From: Patescibacteria group bacterium
GTDB lineage: Bacteria > Patescibacteriota > Patescibacteriia > UBA9934
Length of the DNA stretch: 64,000 bases
NCBI GenBank assembly: GCA_041659765.1
Contig: JBAZXR010000001.1
Coordinates: 787,338 to 851,337 of the forward strand
Direction of reading: 5' to 3'
A program made the translations under genes and the position numbers. Under the pieces are notes generated by a model. It saw only the letters and a program-made list of their open reading frames with translations, made no database searches and had not been told where the DNA came from. Shown in pieces: positions 29,765 to 39,299 of this stretch (its first letter is position 1; every line of letters starts with the position of its first letter).

Positions 29765-30349
29765 CTAAGTACCGAGGACTGATCCTGTGGTCAACCCAGT
29801 AATGACCGCCTGGGTCAGCGTATAGGCTCCGGCAATAACCGCCAAACCTACAACCGTCCAAACTAATACCGCCTTACCTTTAGCCACCATTTTGTCATTA
29901 CCCATGGAAGTAATCCACAGCACTCCGCCGTAAATGAACATGAGCAAGGTGACGGAACCAATGATTGATAGAATGGCCTTGATCAAGTTACCGATAATGA
30001 CCTGCGGGTTTGCGGTGCCGAGAGGATTAATAAGCGAGACCGACGCGCCTGTGGCAGAACCAGAGGTTAGAGCATTTGAAGTCGTTGATGGAAGCGTTGA
30101 TTCATTGGCGGCGAAACAGGCTCTTCGCTGATCAAAACAGCCCTGAGTGTCACGGTCAAAGTTTGCCACACAATCTGGACAAGCGTTGCCAGTACACTGT
30201 GCATCAATACAGGTCTGCTGAATAAGTTCCGCAGGCGCAATACACGTATCGTATTGTGCGGCACAGTCTACAGCGGCAAAAACATGTGCCTTAGGAGCCA
30301 GGAACAGACCCAGGGCCGCAGTAAAAAGAAGAAACGCTTTGATTCGCAT
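29765..30349 (-). CDS. VirB2/TrbC-like pilin with Cys-rich N-terminal domain
   Basis: Eight-Cys N-terminal domain, then YGGVLWITSMGN...V.KGK. Confidence 0.82.
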   Translation of the reverse strand: MRIKAFLLFTAALGLFLAPKAHVFAAVDCAAQYDTCIAPAELIQQTCIDAQCTGNACPDCVANFDRDTQGCFDQRRACFAANESTLPSTTSNALTSGSATGASVSLINPLGTANPQVIIGNLIKAILSIIGSVTLLMFIYGGVLWITSMGNDKMVAKGKAVLVWTVVGLAVIAGAYTLTQAVITGLTTGSVLGT

Positions 30350-30350
30350 A

Positions 30351-30887
30351 TTACTGGGTATTGATAATATTTTCTGCTCCTACTCCGCTTGGGGTACAAC
30401 CTGTTGTTTGCCCAGGTCTACAGGTAGTTGAAGAATTAACAGTGTCTTCAATGGTGGCTCCAGGGGCAACGCCGGAAATAGCGGCGATCAAGAAGTTAAC
30501 AAAAGCGTAAGAGCCGAAGATTATAGCGAGGCCAATCACGGCGCGGACGATAATTTCTTTGCCTTGTTCAATCTTCTTTGGATTACCCATAGAGGTCACC
30601 CAAGTGAAACCGCCGTAAAAGAACATCAGAAGCGCGACTGAACCACTGATAGCTAAAATGCCAATAGAGATGTTAACGAAGATCTGCAACATGTCAGAGA
30701 GCTGGCACTGTCCTGAGTCTCGACAGGGACAAGGGGCTGAAGCGGATGAGCAAATGTTCGCAAAAATAAGACCCTGGCTCATGATGCTTGAGTATCCCCC
30801 GCTCACTGTCTGCGCATGCGCTACTGCCGGCAACCAAAAAGAAACAACTAGACCAAGTGCTAAAAAAGCGTTGCGAAGAAAACGCAT
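30351..30887 (-). CDS. VirB2/TrbC-like pilin with Cys motif
   Basis: CPCRDSGQC, YGGFTWVTSMGN..KI..GK..I..AVIGL. Confidence 0.82.
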   Translation of the reverse strand: MRFLRNAFLALGLVVSFWLPAVAHAQTVSGGYSSIMSQGLIFANICSSASAPCPCRDSGQCQLSDMLQIFVNISIGILAISGSVALLMFFYGGFTWVTSMGNPKKIEQGKEIIVRAVIGLAIIFGSYAFVNFLIAAISGVAPGATIEDTVNSSTTCRPGQTTGCTPSGVGAENIINTQ

Positions 30888-30906
30888 ACTCACAAATAAT
30901 ACCACG

Positions 30907-32292
30907 CTAATAGGTCTGTCCCACTACTCGAGCTGCTTGAGAAACGGCTTTCTTAGGATCATCAGTGCCAACTAGAATAGTTGTCGATAGATCGCTCAGG
31001 GCTTTAAAGGCCGCGTCTGAGTCTGAACCATGATACCAACTTTGGGAAGTTAGCAGCTGGCTAGCAAAGACACCCAGGGTTTCGTCTTCTAGTTCCGCGC
31101 CAATCAAACTGCGGACAGCTGTGGGGTGTCCTGACTTAGCCAAGAAAGAAGTAACGTTTTTGGGATTAGAGGCGAAGTCCAAGAAATTCCAGGCGTAATC
31201 ACCAAATTTTGAGGTTTTAGATACGCCCTGCAACCAGTAGTTGGGGTAGTTAACAATTCGTCCGCCGGCGATTTGCGGGAGAGGAGCAATACCGTAATTC
31301 AATTTTGGAGCAGCCGCTGTCAGGATTGGCACGTCATAACTGTACCCGAGCATGAACGCTGTTTGACCGCGGGCAAAGGCGCTAACCGAATTTGGAAAGC
31401 CATCATTCCAGGTGTAAACCTCTTTTACTGGATTAGCAAAGTCCGTGTAGAAAGTCACGGCATCAAGCGCTGGAAACACGCCCTGTGGCGTGCCCTTTGG
31501 TACGCCATCAAAGGTTGGGTTGCCGTTTTCATCAGTCATCTGAGCACCATTTTGCATCATGAGAACGGAAATAATATCGCCGGAACGGTCAACGTTCTTC
31601 ACCGTTCCGAGAGCTGCTCCTGACTGAGCTACTCCCCCGGTAGCATCATACTTAGTCAGTTTTTTCACGGCCTCGTTAAACTGATCCCAAGCTGCGGGCG
31701 GCTCAGCAATACCGGCTGAGTTCAGTAGATCCTTGTTATAAAACAAGGCCAGCGTGTCCATAGAGAACGGGAAGCCGTAAATCCTGGGCGTTGCTGCCAT
31801 CTTAGGATCAGCGGTGTAGTTCAAAATAGCATCTGAAGAAACAACATCAACAAACTGTGACTTAAAAGTTTTCTGTGACATGGTGGCTTCCTGCTTGGCT
31901 ACCAGCGCTGTTTCTTTTCTGAGTGTTCCTTGGGTCACCAAATAGCTAATATTGAGCTGTGGCGGCATGGGCGAAAGCAAACTCTGGAATTCGGACATCT
32001 TAGTATTATGAACTGAGAAAATATCCGGCCCGGTACCATCGGCCAGCGCTCGGATCAGTTCTTTTTCATATTCTTCTGGGCGAAACTTTCTATACTCGAT
32101 GGTCACGTTAGGATGAGCCGCTCTATAGGCTGAAAAAAGCTCGCGGTAGGCTGTTTCATCATCAAACACGCTCCAAAATTTAAGCGTTACTTTTTGTTGT
32201 ACTGGAGCAGATGAGCTGCCACCGGAACAACCGGCACCCACCATAACCAACGTAGAAAACAGGAAGAAAATTGAGAGTAAGCGCTTAATCAT
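30907..32292 (-). CDS. Extracellular solute-binding lipoprotein (sugar ABC, family 1)
   Basis: MVGAGC lipobox, GPDIF, DTLALFYNKDLL..AG, PP..WD. Confidence 0.88.
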   Translation of the reverse strand: MIKRLLSIFFLFSTLVMVGAGCSGGSSSAPVQQKVTLKFWSVFDDETAYRELFSAYRAAHPNVTIEYRKFRPEEYEKELIRALADGTGPDIFSVHNTKMSEFQSLLSPMPPQLNISYLVTQGTLRKETALVAKQEATMSQKTFKSQFVDVVSSDAILNYTADPKMAATPRIYGFPFSMDTLALFYNKDLLNSAGIAEPPAAWDQFNEAVKKLTKYDATGGVAQSGAALGTVKNVDRSGDIISVLMMQNGAQMTDENGNPTFDGVPKGTPQGVFPALDAVTFYTDFANPVKEVYTWNDGFPNSVSAFARGQTAFMLGYSYDVPILTAAAPKLNYGIAPLPQIAGGRIVNYPNYWLQGVSKTSKFGDYAWNFLDFASNPKNVTSFLAKSGHPTAVRSLIGAELEDETLGVFASQLLTSQSWYHGSDSDAAFKALSDLSTTILVGTDDPKKAVSQAARVVGQTY

Positions 32293-32845
32293 AGATATAA
32301 AGAGTGGTTCCGCGTTTGAGTCCGGCGAGTTGTTGTTCAACGGTTCTCGTAGGTTTTCTGTGCTCGAGGGGGAAATCGATCGCGACAATACGAGTTCCAG
32401 GCTTCAATTCTTGGTCTAGCTTAGCTTCAACCCGTTCCATGAGCGTCGGAAAGAGGTAGGTTACGACGTGAGTCGCCTCAACGAGGTTTTCTTTGAAGAA
32501 ATCGCGCCTAAGTATTTCGATCCGTGTCCCTCTGGTCCGGTATTTCGCTATGAGGTACGGCAAAAGAGCTTTCTCAAGGCCAACTGCGCGGATATTCAGA
32601 TTTCGCCGAATGACCGCGAGCAAAACCCGGCCGTCTCCACAGCCCATATCATACACCACAGCGCCATCAGCGAGTTCGAGTGCGTCGACAATGCCCTGAA
32701 CAGCCTTTGATGGTACTGGCACGAACGGCGCACCGCTGCCAACAATACTAACGAACCAAAGAATGACCAACGGCAATACAAAAAAAGTGAGAAAAATGGC
32801 AAAGACTACAAGGAGAATCGTAGCGATTGTAGAAGTGATCAACAT
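32285..32845 (-). CDS. Membrane-anchored class I SAM methyltransferase
   Basis: GAPFVP, DMGCGDGR, YLFP..M. Confidence 0.85.
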   Translation of the reverse strand: MLITSTIATILLVVFAIFLTFFVLPLVILWFVSIVGSGAPFVPVPSKAVQGIVDALELADGAVVYDMGCGDGRVLLAVIRRNLNIRAVGLEKALLPYLIAKYRTRGTRIEILRRDFFKENLVEATHVVTYLFPTLMERVEAKLDQELKPGTRIVAIDFPLEHRKPTRTVEQQLAGLKRGTTLYIYD

Positions 32846-32853
32846 GCCATTAT

Positions 32854-32928
32854 GTCATTCTGAGGAGCTTCGAGCGACGAAGAATCTGATTGGTTACCAT
32901 TCAGATCCTTCGCTATGCTCAGGATGAC
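32854..32928. repeat. Palindromic repeat family A (GTCATCCTGAG...GAAGGATCT...AGATCCTTC...CTCAGGATGAC)
   Basis: 75-bp imperfect palindrome; copies at 33826, 53471 and 58527. Confidence 0.85.
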
Positions 32929-32931
32929 TGA

Positions 32932-33816
32932 CTACTCGCGAGACTTCAAATACTCTGCTAAACCTTCTTTCACCTCCGGATGCAAGAGGCCGAGTTCAAT
33001 CTGGGCGATAATGAATTGGAGTTTATTACCGCAATCGTAGCGTTTGCCGGACAAAACATGACCGTACAGCTGCTTGCCGGCATCAACATAAGTAGTAAAA
33101 GCGTCGGCCAGACGAATCTCTCCGTCCTTACCCGGTTTCTGTTTCTCAAGTAGGCGCAAAATTTCTGGCGTAACAATATATCTGCCAACTGAGGCCAGGT
33201 TAGACGGTGCGTCCTCCGGGGCTGGCTTTTCGACGAATCTTTTTACTTGCCAAGTATTCCCAGCAATTTCTACGCCATCGATGATTCCATAGCTAGAAAC
33301 CTTCTCGTGCGGTACTTCCTGCACGCCAACCACTGGTGCACCGAACTTTTCGTAGGTTTCGATCAGCTCGCTAATAGCCGGACGCTCGCCGGAAAAAATG
33401 TCATCACCGGTAAAAATCGCCACCGTTTCATCGTCACCCACAAATGGAGCGGCGGCTAGAATGGCATGGCCATCGCCAAGCGGTTTCTGCTGACGCACGA
33501 ACGCAAACTTAGCAAGCTTACCGATGGCTTGAATGGCTTTCAGCTCGGCCATCTTCTTCTTTTGCTCCAGGCGATACTCAAGCTCAAAATTGCGATCAAA
33601 ATGATCTTCGAGCGCCCTCTTGCCCATGGCGGTGACGAAAATAACTTCCTCAATGCCTGCAGCCACTGCTTCTTCGACGATGTACTGAATCACTGGTTTG
33701 TCGACAACCGGCAGCATTTCCTTTGGCTGTGCCTTGGTGGCTGGCAAAAAACGCGTACCCATTCCAGCTACTGGAATAATTGCTTTTCTAATCTTTTGCG
33801 ATTTTTTGGGGGGCAT
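32932..33816 (-). CDS. galU: UTP--glucose-1-phosphate uridylyltransferase
   Basis: KAIIPVAGMGTRFLPATKAQPKEMLPVVDKP, GEIRLADA, RYDCGNK. Confidence 0.96.
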   Translation of the reverse strand: MPPKKSQKIRKAIIPVAGMGTRFLPATKAQPKEMLPVVDKPVIQYIVEEAVAAGIEEVIFVTAMGKRALEDHFDRNFELEYRLEQKKKMAELKAIQAIGKLAKFAFVRQQKPLGDGHAILAAAPFVGDDETVAIFTGDDIFSGERPAISELIETYEKFGAPVVGVQEVPHEKVSSYGIIDGVEIAGNTWQVKRFVEKPAPEDAPSNLASVGRYIVTPEILRLLEKQKPGKDGEIRLADAFTTYVDAGKQLYGHVLSGKRYDCGNKLQFIIAQIELGLLHPEVKEGLAEYLKSRE

Positions 33817-33825
33817 AGTGGTTCA

Positions 33826-33901
33826 GTCATCCTGAGCGTAGCGAAGGATCTGATTGATCAACCATTCAGATCCTTCGTCGCTAAAAGCTCCTCAGGATGA
33901 C
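33826..33901. repeat. Palindromic repeat family A
   Basis: GTCATCCTGAGCGTAGCGAAGGATCTGA...TCAGATCCTTCG...CTCAGGATGAC. Confidence 0.85.
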
Positions 33902-33910
33902 TACAGTTTA

Positions 33911-34786
33911 TCACTTCTTAGCAATGACGATAAAACTCAGTACCCCCAGCGTTGGGTCTTTACGGTATCTTCGACGAACATGAGGACGGTCGCGCTTGAG
34001 CTTAGCTTCGTCCATCACAATCTCCGGGATGATGTCGATCAGCGTAAAGCCGAGGTCGCTTAATGTCTTCTCGTACACGCTCGGACGAACGCGATTGGGA
34101 ATTCCCGAGAACTTGGCGAGTCTGTAGAGCAAACGAGGGTAGCGATAAATGTTCAATGGGTCGCGGTCACGAATCACTCGCGTATGTGTTTGCAAATCAA
34201 CATGAGCCACGAGTGCTCCGCCGGGAGCGAGAACTCGACCAACCTGCGCCAAAATTTCAGGCACATGGTCAAAATGCTCAAAAGCGGCGTTACTAACTAC
34301 GAGATCAACACTTTCAGCTGGCAACCAGTTAAATGAAAAGGACTGATCCTGCTTGAAGATCAGGGTAGTTGGCTGCTTAATTTCATAAGCCAACAACGCT
34401 TCTTCCGCACGCTTCCTGGCGCCAGCGTCATTGATCGAGGCGATGACCGCATTATGCAATTCCTTCGGCGCGCGGTCAGCGAGTGGATTCTTATCATAGG
34501 CCGTATACGACTCGGCGCCCTTGGCAACCAAAATTAAGCCGACGCCCAGGTCTGCGCCAGGGCCAAGCTCGAGGATGCGCTTGCCCGCAAATGGTTGAGA
34601 GCCGAAGCCTTTCTCGATGAGCGCCCGTTCCCAACGTTCCACCACTTCATGGTCGTATTTCACGGCTCGACGCGTGTCGTCCACCGAAAATTCGCGCGGG
34701 CGGTGATAGCCCGTTACCCGATATCTAAACTTATTAGCAAAGAGGATTCCAAGCCCCAGCCACCAAAAAAACCATTGTCGCAACAT
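33911..34786 (-). CDS. Class I SAM-dependent methyltransferase
   Basis: ILELGPG, DLVVSNAAFEH, RVLAPGG. Confidence 0.85.
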   Translation of the reverse strand: MLRQWFFWWLGLGILFANKFRYRVTGYHRPREFSVDDTRRAVKYDHEVVERWERALIEKGFGSQPFAGKRILELGPGADLGVGLILVAKGAESYTAYDKNPLADRAPKELHNAVIASINDAGARKRAEEALLAYEIKQPTTLIFKQDQSFSFNWLPAESVDLVVSNAAFEHFDHVPEILAQVGRVLAPGGALVAHVDLQTHTRVIRDRDPLNIYRYPRLLYRLAKFSGIPNRVRPSVYEKTLSDLGFTLIDIIPEIVMDEAKLKRDRPHVRRRYRKDPTLGVLSFIVIAKK

Positions 34787-34811
34787 ATACGAATAGTGTA
34801 ACATCCTTTGC

Positions 34812-35423
34812 ATGTCCTGGCTTTTTGAACGGAAACTTTATCAATCTGAGAAAAACGGCTTGATTCTCTGTAAGAAACTTTTCGGCCACTGGGAAGTCTT
34901 TGTAGACGGCTTCTATCAGTCCGCGCCCTACATCAAAAAAATGTGGCGAACCGGTCTGCGCCAAGTTTCGTCGATGCCAGCCGTGTCGAGGATCCTCGTC
35001 CTCGGGCTCGGCGCTGGCAGTATCATCAACGATCTGCACTCGAGATATCCCGACGCGTTCATCACCACTATCGAGTACGATCCGACCATGGTGGTAATCG
35101 CCAGACAACTAGAAATGTTCGATCAAAAACTCCCCGTAAATATCATTGTCGCCGATGCAGTCACGGCAGTTCCAGCCCTCGAAGGCTCCTTCGATCTAAT
35201 AATCGTGGACCTCTACAAAGGCGGAGTAACAGCCGAGGCGCTCCAGCATCCTGACTTTGTCGAATCGATTACGCAGAAACTTTTACCGAACGGAACTCTA
35301 ATCCTGAACGTCTTTAAGAACGTCGAATTATTTCCGCTGTTCGACCGATTCCTAACCAGACAGAACACGTGGAAGTATTCGTTCAATGCATTGGCAATGT
35401 ATAAAAAATCGACCCCCCGTTAA
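34812..35423 (+). CDS. Spermidine-synthase-like SAM methyltransferase
   Basis: ILVLGLGAG, IEYDP, FDLIIVDLY. Confidence 0.8.
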   Translation: MSWLFERKLYQSEKNGLILCKKLFGHWEVFVDGFYQSAPYIKKMWRTGLRQVSSMPAVSRILVLGLGAGSIINDLHSRYPDAFITTIEYDPTMVVIARQLEMFDQKLPVNIIVADAVTAVPALEGSFDLIIVDLYKGGVTAEALQHPDFVESITQKLLPNGTLILNVFKNVELFPLFDRFLTRQNTWKYSFNALAMYKKSTPR

Positions 35424-35451
35424 GCGGAGGGCCGAACGAGTCACGTGAGAA

Positions 35452-36513
35452 CTAGAAGAGCGGGAGGTTGCCGAGCGAGATCACGTCCGGGCGAACGTCC
35501 GGGCCTTCCGTGAAGACCGCAAGCGTGCGCTCGTAGATCGCACCGACCTTCTCGAGCAGCTGCTTCATGGCATCGAGCGTTCCACCAGTGGAGACCACAT
35601 CATCCACGATCACCACGTGCTTGCCACGGAGCATTTCCGCGTCGCTGACGGAGATGTACAGCGTCTGCACGCGGTCCGTGGTGATGCTCTTCACCTGCAC
35701 GGACACGCAGTCGCCCATGTAGGGCTTCTTCTCCTTGCGCGCAACCACGGTGGGCAGCTTGAGTTCGCGACCGATGACGTGGAGGAGTGCCTGCGCCTTG
35801 CCATCCGGCATGATGAGCACGTCCACTGGTGGCATGAGCTTGGCCGCCAGCTGCTGCCCCAAGAATTCGGTCAGCTCCCAATCTCCGAGGAGGTTGAAGA
35901 GCGCAACGGAGATGCCAGGAGCGACCTCCCGGATGGGGAGCTCGAGCGTGCGCGAACCGATCTGCACCTTGTGAACACGAGACACGGTCACCTCCTTTTT
36001 GCCGTTGAACACCTGATCGAACAGTTTGATGAGTGCTTCTTCCAAGAACTGCGCGCGCGACTTCTTCCCATCGGTCAGGAAGGAGTGTGGATCCGAGCTG
36101 GAGCATCCATACCGCTCCGCCATCACAGCCCCTACCGTTGTGTTGAAGAACCCGATCGCCAGGGCTTCCTCGACCGCTTCGGCCGGGAGAACTACGTACT
36201 CGGTCCGGGCTTCGTACTCACGACCGTTCGGGTCCACGAGGACGATGTCCGCGGCATCCCGCCACACGCCATTCCCCAGGAACGCTCCGTTCTCGATCCC
36301 CAAGCCCCACGAGCCGGGCCTGGTCTTCTGCGCTCCGATGGCACGGGTGCGGGCTCCTCTGCGCGTCTGGCCCTCGAGGGGCTGACAGTTTTCGCCTGAA
36401 TCCATGTTCTCTTGGTAGAGCTTGAACACCTTAGGGCCAACAGCCAGCAAGGCGTTGGTCGTGCCCAGGAACTTCTCTTGGCTATGTGAGCCAACCACGA
36501 TCTCCAGAATCAT
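35452..36513 (-). CDS. Fusion: YjjX-type non-canonical purine NTPase + adenine-type phosphoribosyltransferase
   Basis: N-terminal VGS...K, QP....T..GA..RA, GIENG; C-terminal VARK..KPYM, VVIVDDVVSTGGT. Confidence 0.85.
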   Translation of the reverse strand: MILEIVVGSHSQEKFLGTTNALLAVGPKVFKLYQENMDSGENCQPLEGQTRRGARTRAIGAQKTRPGSWGLGIENGAFLGNGVWRDAADIVLVDPNGREYEARTEYVVLPAEAVEEALAIGFFNTTVGAVMAERYGCSSSDPHSFLTDGKKSRAQFLEEALIKLFDQVFNGKKEVTVSRVHKVQIGSRTLELPIREVAPGISVALFNLLGDWELTEFLGQQLAAKLMPPVDVLIMPDGKAQALLHVIGRELKLPTVVARKEKKPYMGDCVSVQVKSITTDRVQTLYISVSDAEMLRGKHVVIVDDVVSTGGTLDAMKQLLEKVGAIYERTLAVFTEGPDVRPDVISLGNLPLF

Positions 36514-36522
36514 GTTCTCCCC

Positions 36523-37458
36523 CTAACCGTCCATGACGGCGTTGATCATTGATTTCACGAGGCTCAACACCTCGAACGGCGGCTGATCCTTCACGAGTCC
36601 CGCAGTGACCGGACACGAGTCCGTGATCCACACGCGGTAGAACCCGGCGTTCAGAAACCGCTTCCAGGCGTCCTTTTCCATGACGCCGTGCGTAGCAAAG
36701 GCACTGACCTTCACCGCGCCTGCCGCCTTCATAGCATGCATGCACTCGATGGTCGTTCCGCCGGAATGCACGAGATCATCCACGATGACCACGTTCTTCC
36801 CCGCGGGATCGCCCTCAATCACCGTCACGATCCGTTTGTCGCCGTGCCGCTGCTTGCGGCAGATGACAAACGGAAAGAGCGGTTTGCCCTGGTCGTCCGA
36901 GAAAAGCACCTTGAAGCGCTTCCACGCCCCCTCGTCCGGAAACGCGACAGTGACGTCGCCCTCCTGTTCGAGCCGGGCCTTGAGCACCTTCGTGCCAGTC
37001 TTGAACCGCGGCGCGATGTTCGCCCCGAAGTAATGCCGGATCGGCAGGGCATGAACGTCCCACATGTAGAGCGGGATCGGTCCAGGACCAGACGGCGGCA
37101 ACGCAGAGAGGAGCCGGGCGAGCGTACTTGCCGTGGCAACTTGTCCTTCCATGTCGATGCGTTCCATGGTTCCCGTCGGGAAGTACGGAAGCAGGAGGCG
37201 AAAGGACTTCGGACGGGCCTCGGCAATGGCGAGCATCACGCTCCACTGTTCGAATACCGTTTCCGGGGAATCGAGCGAGGCAAGATACGCGACGTCGCGG
37301 TTGCGGAGGTCATCGAACCCCCGGATCATGATGTTCGGCCAGGCATCGGGGAACCGTTTCCAGTCCACGACGCCGAGCTCAATGCGCCCATCGAGCTCGG
37401 CCATCTGGCGAGCAATCGTCATGGCCTGCGGGCAGTGAAAGAGCAGTCGCTTGTCCAT
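36523..37458 (-). CDS. prs: Ribose-phosphate pyrophosphokinase, class II (plant-type)
   Basis: W..FPD.WPN, LPYFPTGTMER...EG.VATA.TLAR, AFPDEGAWKRF, VIVDDLVHSGGT, WITDSC, PFEVLSL. Confidence 0.9.
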   Translation of the reverse strand: MDKRLLFHCPQAMTIARQMAELDGRIELGVVDWKRFPDAWPNIMIRGFDDLRNRDVAYLASLDSPETVFEQWSVMLAIAEARPKSFRLLLPYFPTGTMERIDMEGQVATASTLARLLSALPPSGPGPIPLYMWDVHALPIRHYFGANIAPRFKTGTKVLKARLEQEGDVTVAFPDEGAWKRFKVLFSDDQGKPLFPFVICRKQRHGDKRIVTVIEGDPAGKNVVIVDDLVHSGGTTIECMHAMKAAGAVKVSAFATHGVMEKDAWKRFLNAGFYRVWITDSCPVTAGLVKDQPPFEVLSLVKSMINAVMDG

Positions 37459-37601
37459 GTGATGTGTCCTCCCGGATAACAAAGTAACTTGCCGGGCAAC
37501 TTTTGTACACTCTATGTCGTAGATGCATGGTGACACTTTAATCACTATTGCTAATATTAGTGATATTATTTATTCTATAAACAACGAATAACGTCGTTGA
37601 T

Positions 37602-38378
37602 ATGAAATTGAGCCCCGCCGAGCATAAAGAAGTGAGCGAATCTTTAGAGGTGTTTGGCATGGCTGCTTCCGAGCAAAAGGCCTACACTGCCCTCCTCGGC
37701 ATGGGTCAAAGCACCGCTACCCCGCTCGCAAAGTCGCTGCAATTGCCGACGACGACCATTCAATCCATCCTTCACCGCCTCGCCAAACGCGGAACCGTGC
37801 ATGTGAGCAAGCGTGGCTCGCGGTCCGTTTACGAAGCAAAGGATCCGCGCGTTCTAAAACAACTCGCTGAGCAAACGTTGCGTGAAGTGACGCAAGCTAT
37901 TCCCCTTCTCGAACGATTGCGATCCGAAGCGCCGACGAGTGCCAAGATTCGTATCTACGGACGCGGGCGGGCAACGGATGTTTTTCTGCAGGCACTCAGT
38001 GCCAAAGACAAAACCATTTACGAAATTGTTTCCGCACGTGATTTACAGACCTGGCTTGGTGAAAAGCTTCACTTTAGCCAGCGCCGAATCTCTGCTGGCG
38101 TTCATCTGAAGAGTTTGCGAGTAGAGGCGCACGAAATTAAAAAATATAGTCGAGAAACCCACGTCAAAGAGTTACGCGAAGCGAAATTTCTGCCCCACGA
38201 AATGAATTTTCGCTCGTCGATTCTCTTCTGGGACGACGAATGGGTCGCCTTCTTCAGCGACTCCGGCGAAGGCCAAATCATCCTGGCCCACAGCAAAAGC
38301 ATGGCGCTCATGATCCACCAGTTGTTCGATCTCCTTTGGAGTGTTAGTCGAAGAATGGAAACGGGAGACCAGAAATAA
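37602..38378 (+). CDS. TrmB-family transcriptional regulator
   Basis: L..FG....E.KAY.ALL..G HTH plus C-terminal effector domain; divergent from the prs operon. Confidence 0.85.
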   Translation: MKLSPAEHKEVSESLEVFGMAASEQKAYTALLGMGQSTATPLAKSLQLPTTTIQSILHRLAKRGTVHVSKRGSRSVYEAKDPRVLKQLAEQTLREVTQAIPLLERLRSEAPTSAKIRIYGRGRATDVFLQALSAKDKTIYEIVSARDLQTWLGEKLHFSQRRISAGVHLKSLRVEAHEIKKYSRETHVKELREAKFLPHEMNFRSSILFWDDEWVAFFSDSGEGQIILAHSKSMALMIHQLFDLLWSVSRRMETGDQK

Positions 38379-38387
38379 CACTCGATA

Positions 38388-38855
38388 TCATTTCGCAAAC
38401 CACTCTCGTAACTTTCGAGCGTACTCGACTCGCTCCTCCGGTTCTGACTTTCGTGTTTTCCAAAGCGCTTCGTGGAAATTATCGCCGGTAAAACGCGGAA
38501 TGACGTGCATGTGATAGTGAAAGGCGTGCTGATCGCCGGCGGGTTCATTGAATTGGGCCGTCGTGACTCCGTCGCAGGTGCGAATTTCCTTTAGCGCGAT
38601 CGCTGTTCGCTTCGCGAGATCAAGAACCCTGCCGCCAAGTTCGCTCGGCAGATCATAGAGGTTCTCAACGTGTGCAATTGGCACGATCAGCGGATGGCCC
38701 TCGTTGCCCTCGATAAATTTTGAACTAATAAATCCCAATACAAGTTCATCTCGATAAAAAATGTCGGCCTGCTTGATCCACGTAGCATCATTTTCGACAC
38801 CTTGTATCGCCAAACAAATGGGACACTTGTATTCCTCGTCTGCGTGATTAAACAT
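38388..38855 (-). CDS. HIT family nucleotide hydrolase
   Basis: CPIC, GHPLIVP..H, FHYHMHVIPR. Confidence 0.92.
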   Translation of the reverse strand: MFNHADEEYKCPICLAIQGVENDATWIKQADIFYRDELVLGFISSKFIEGNEGHPLIVPIAHVENLYDLPSELGGRVLDLAKRTAIALKEIRTCDGVTTAQFNEPAGDQHAFHYHMHVIPRFTGDNFHEALWKTRKSEPEERVEYARKLREWFAK

Positions 38856-38888
38856 ATTTCAACGCTCATTCAGTTCGTAATCTCTAGC

Positions 38889-39299
38889 TTACAAGATAGC
38901 TTGATGGAAATTGGTGCCGGCAAGCATGACCAAAAATGCATGCGTAGCTGGATACGCTGGAAGATTCACAGCCTCAACCAATGAGAACCAGCCTGATTCA
39001 GCGATTTCTGTCTGCTGGATCTTGAATTCCGCCCCCTTTGGCACCCGTGCAGTAAAACAATGCACCTCACCTTCACCAAAATCAAACGGAACGACCGAAA
39101 TCTTCTGTAGGTCACTCGCCTGAAGGTCGAGACCGGTCTCTTCTAGAACTTCACGAACAGCCGCAGCTTCTGCAACCCCATCCTCTGGTTCTATTCCTCC
39201 CCCAACTGGCTGCCACTTATCAGGATAATCGTGCGTTCTAACCAAAAATATCTTCCCCTCCTCGTTCATCAAAGCCACAATCGCTACATCTCTTTTCAT
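38889..39299 (-). CDS. NUDIX hydrolase
   Basis: GGGIEPED....AAVREVLEETG. Confidence 0.9.
   Translation of the reverse strand: MKRDVAIVALMNEEGKIFLVRTHDYPDKWQPVGGGIEPEDGVAEAAAVREVLEETGLDLQASDLQKISVVPFDFGEGEVHCFTARVPKGAEFKIQQTEIAESGWFSLVEAVNLPAYPATHAFLVMLAGTNFHQAIL

Noticed and set aside
28019-30887. Type IV (PilA/ComG) pilins or a conjugative element
   Set aside because: No G/FTLIE class III signal, and no relaxase, coupling protein or VirB4 in the window
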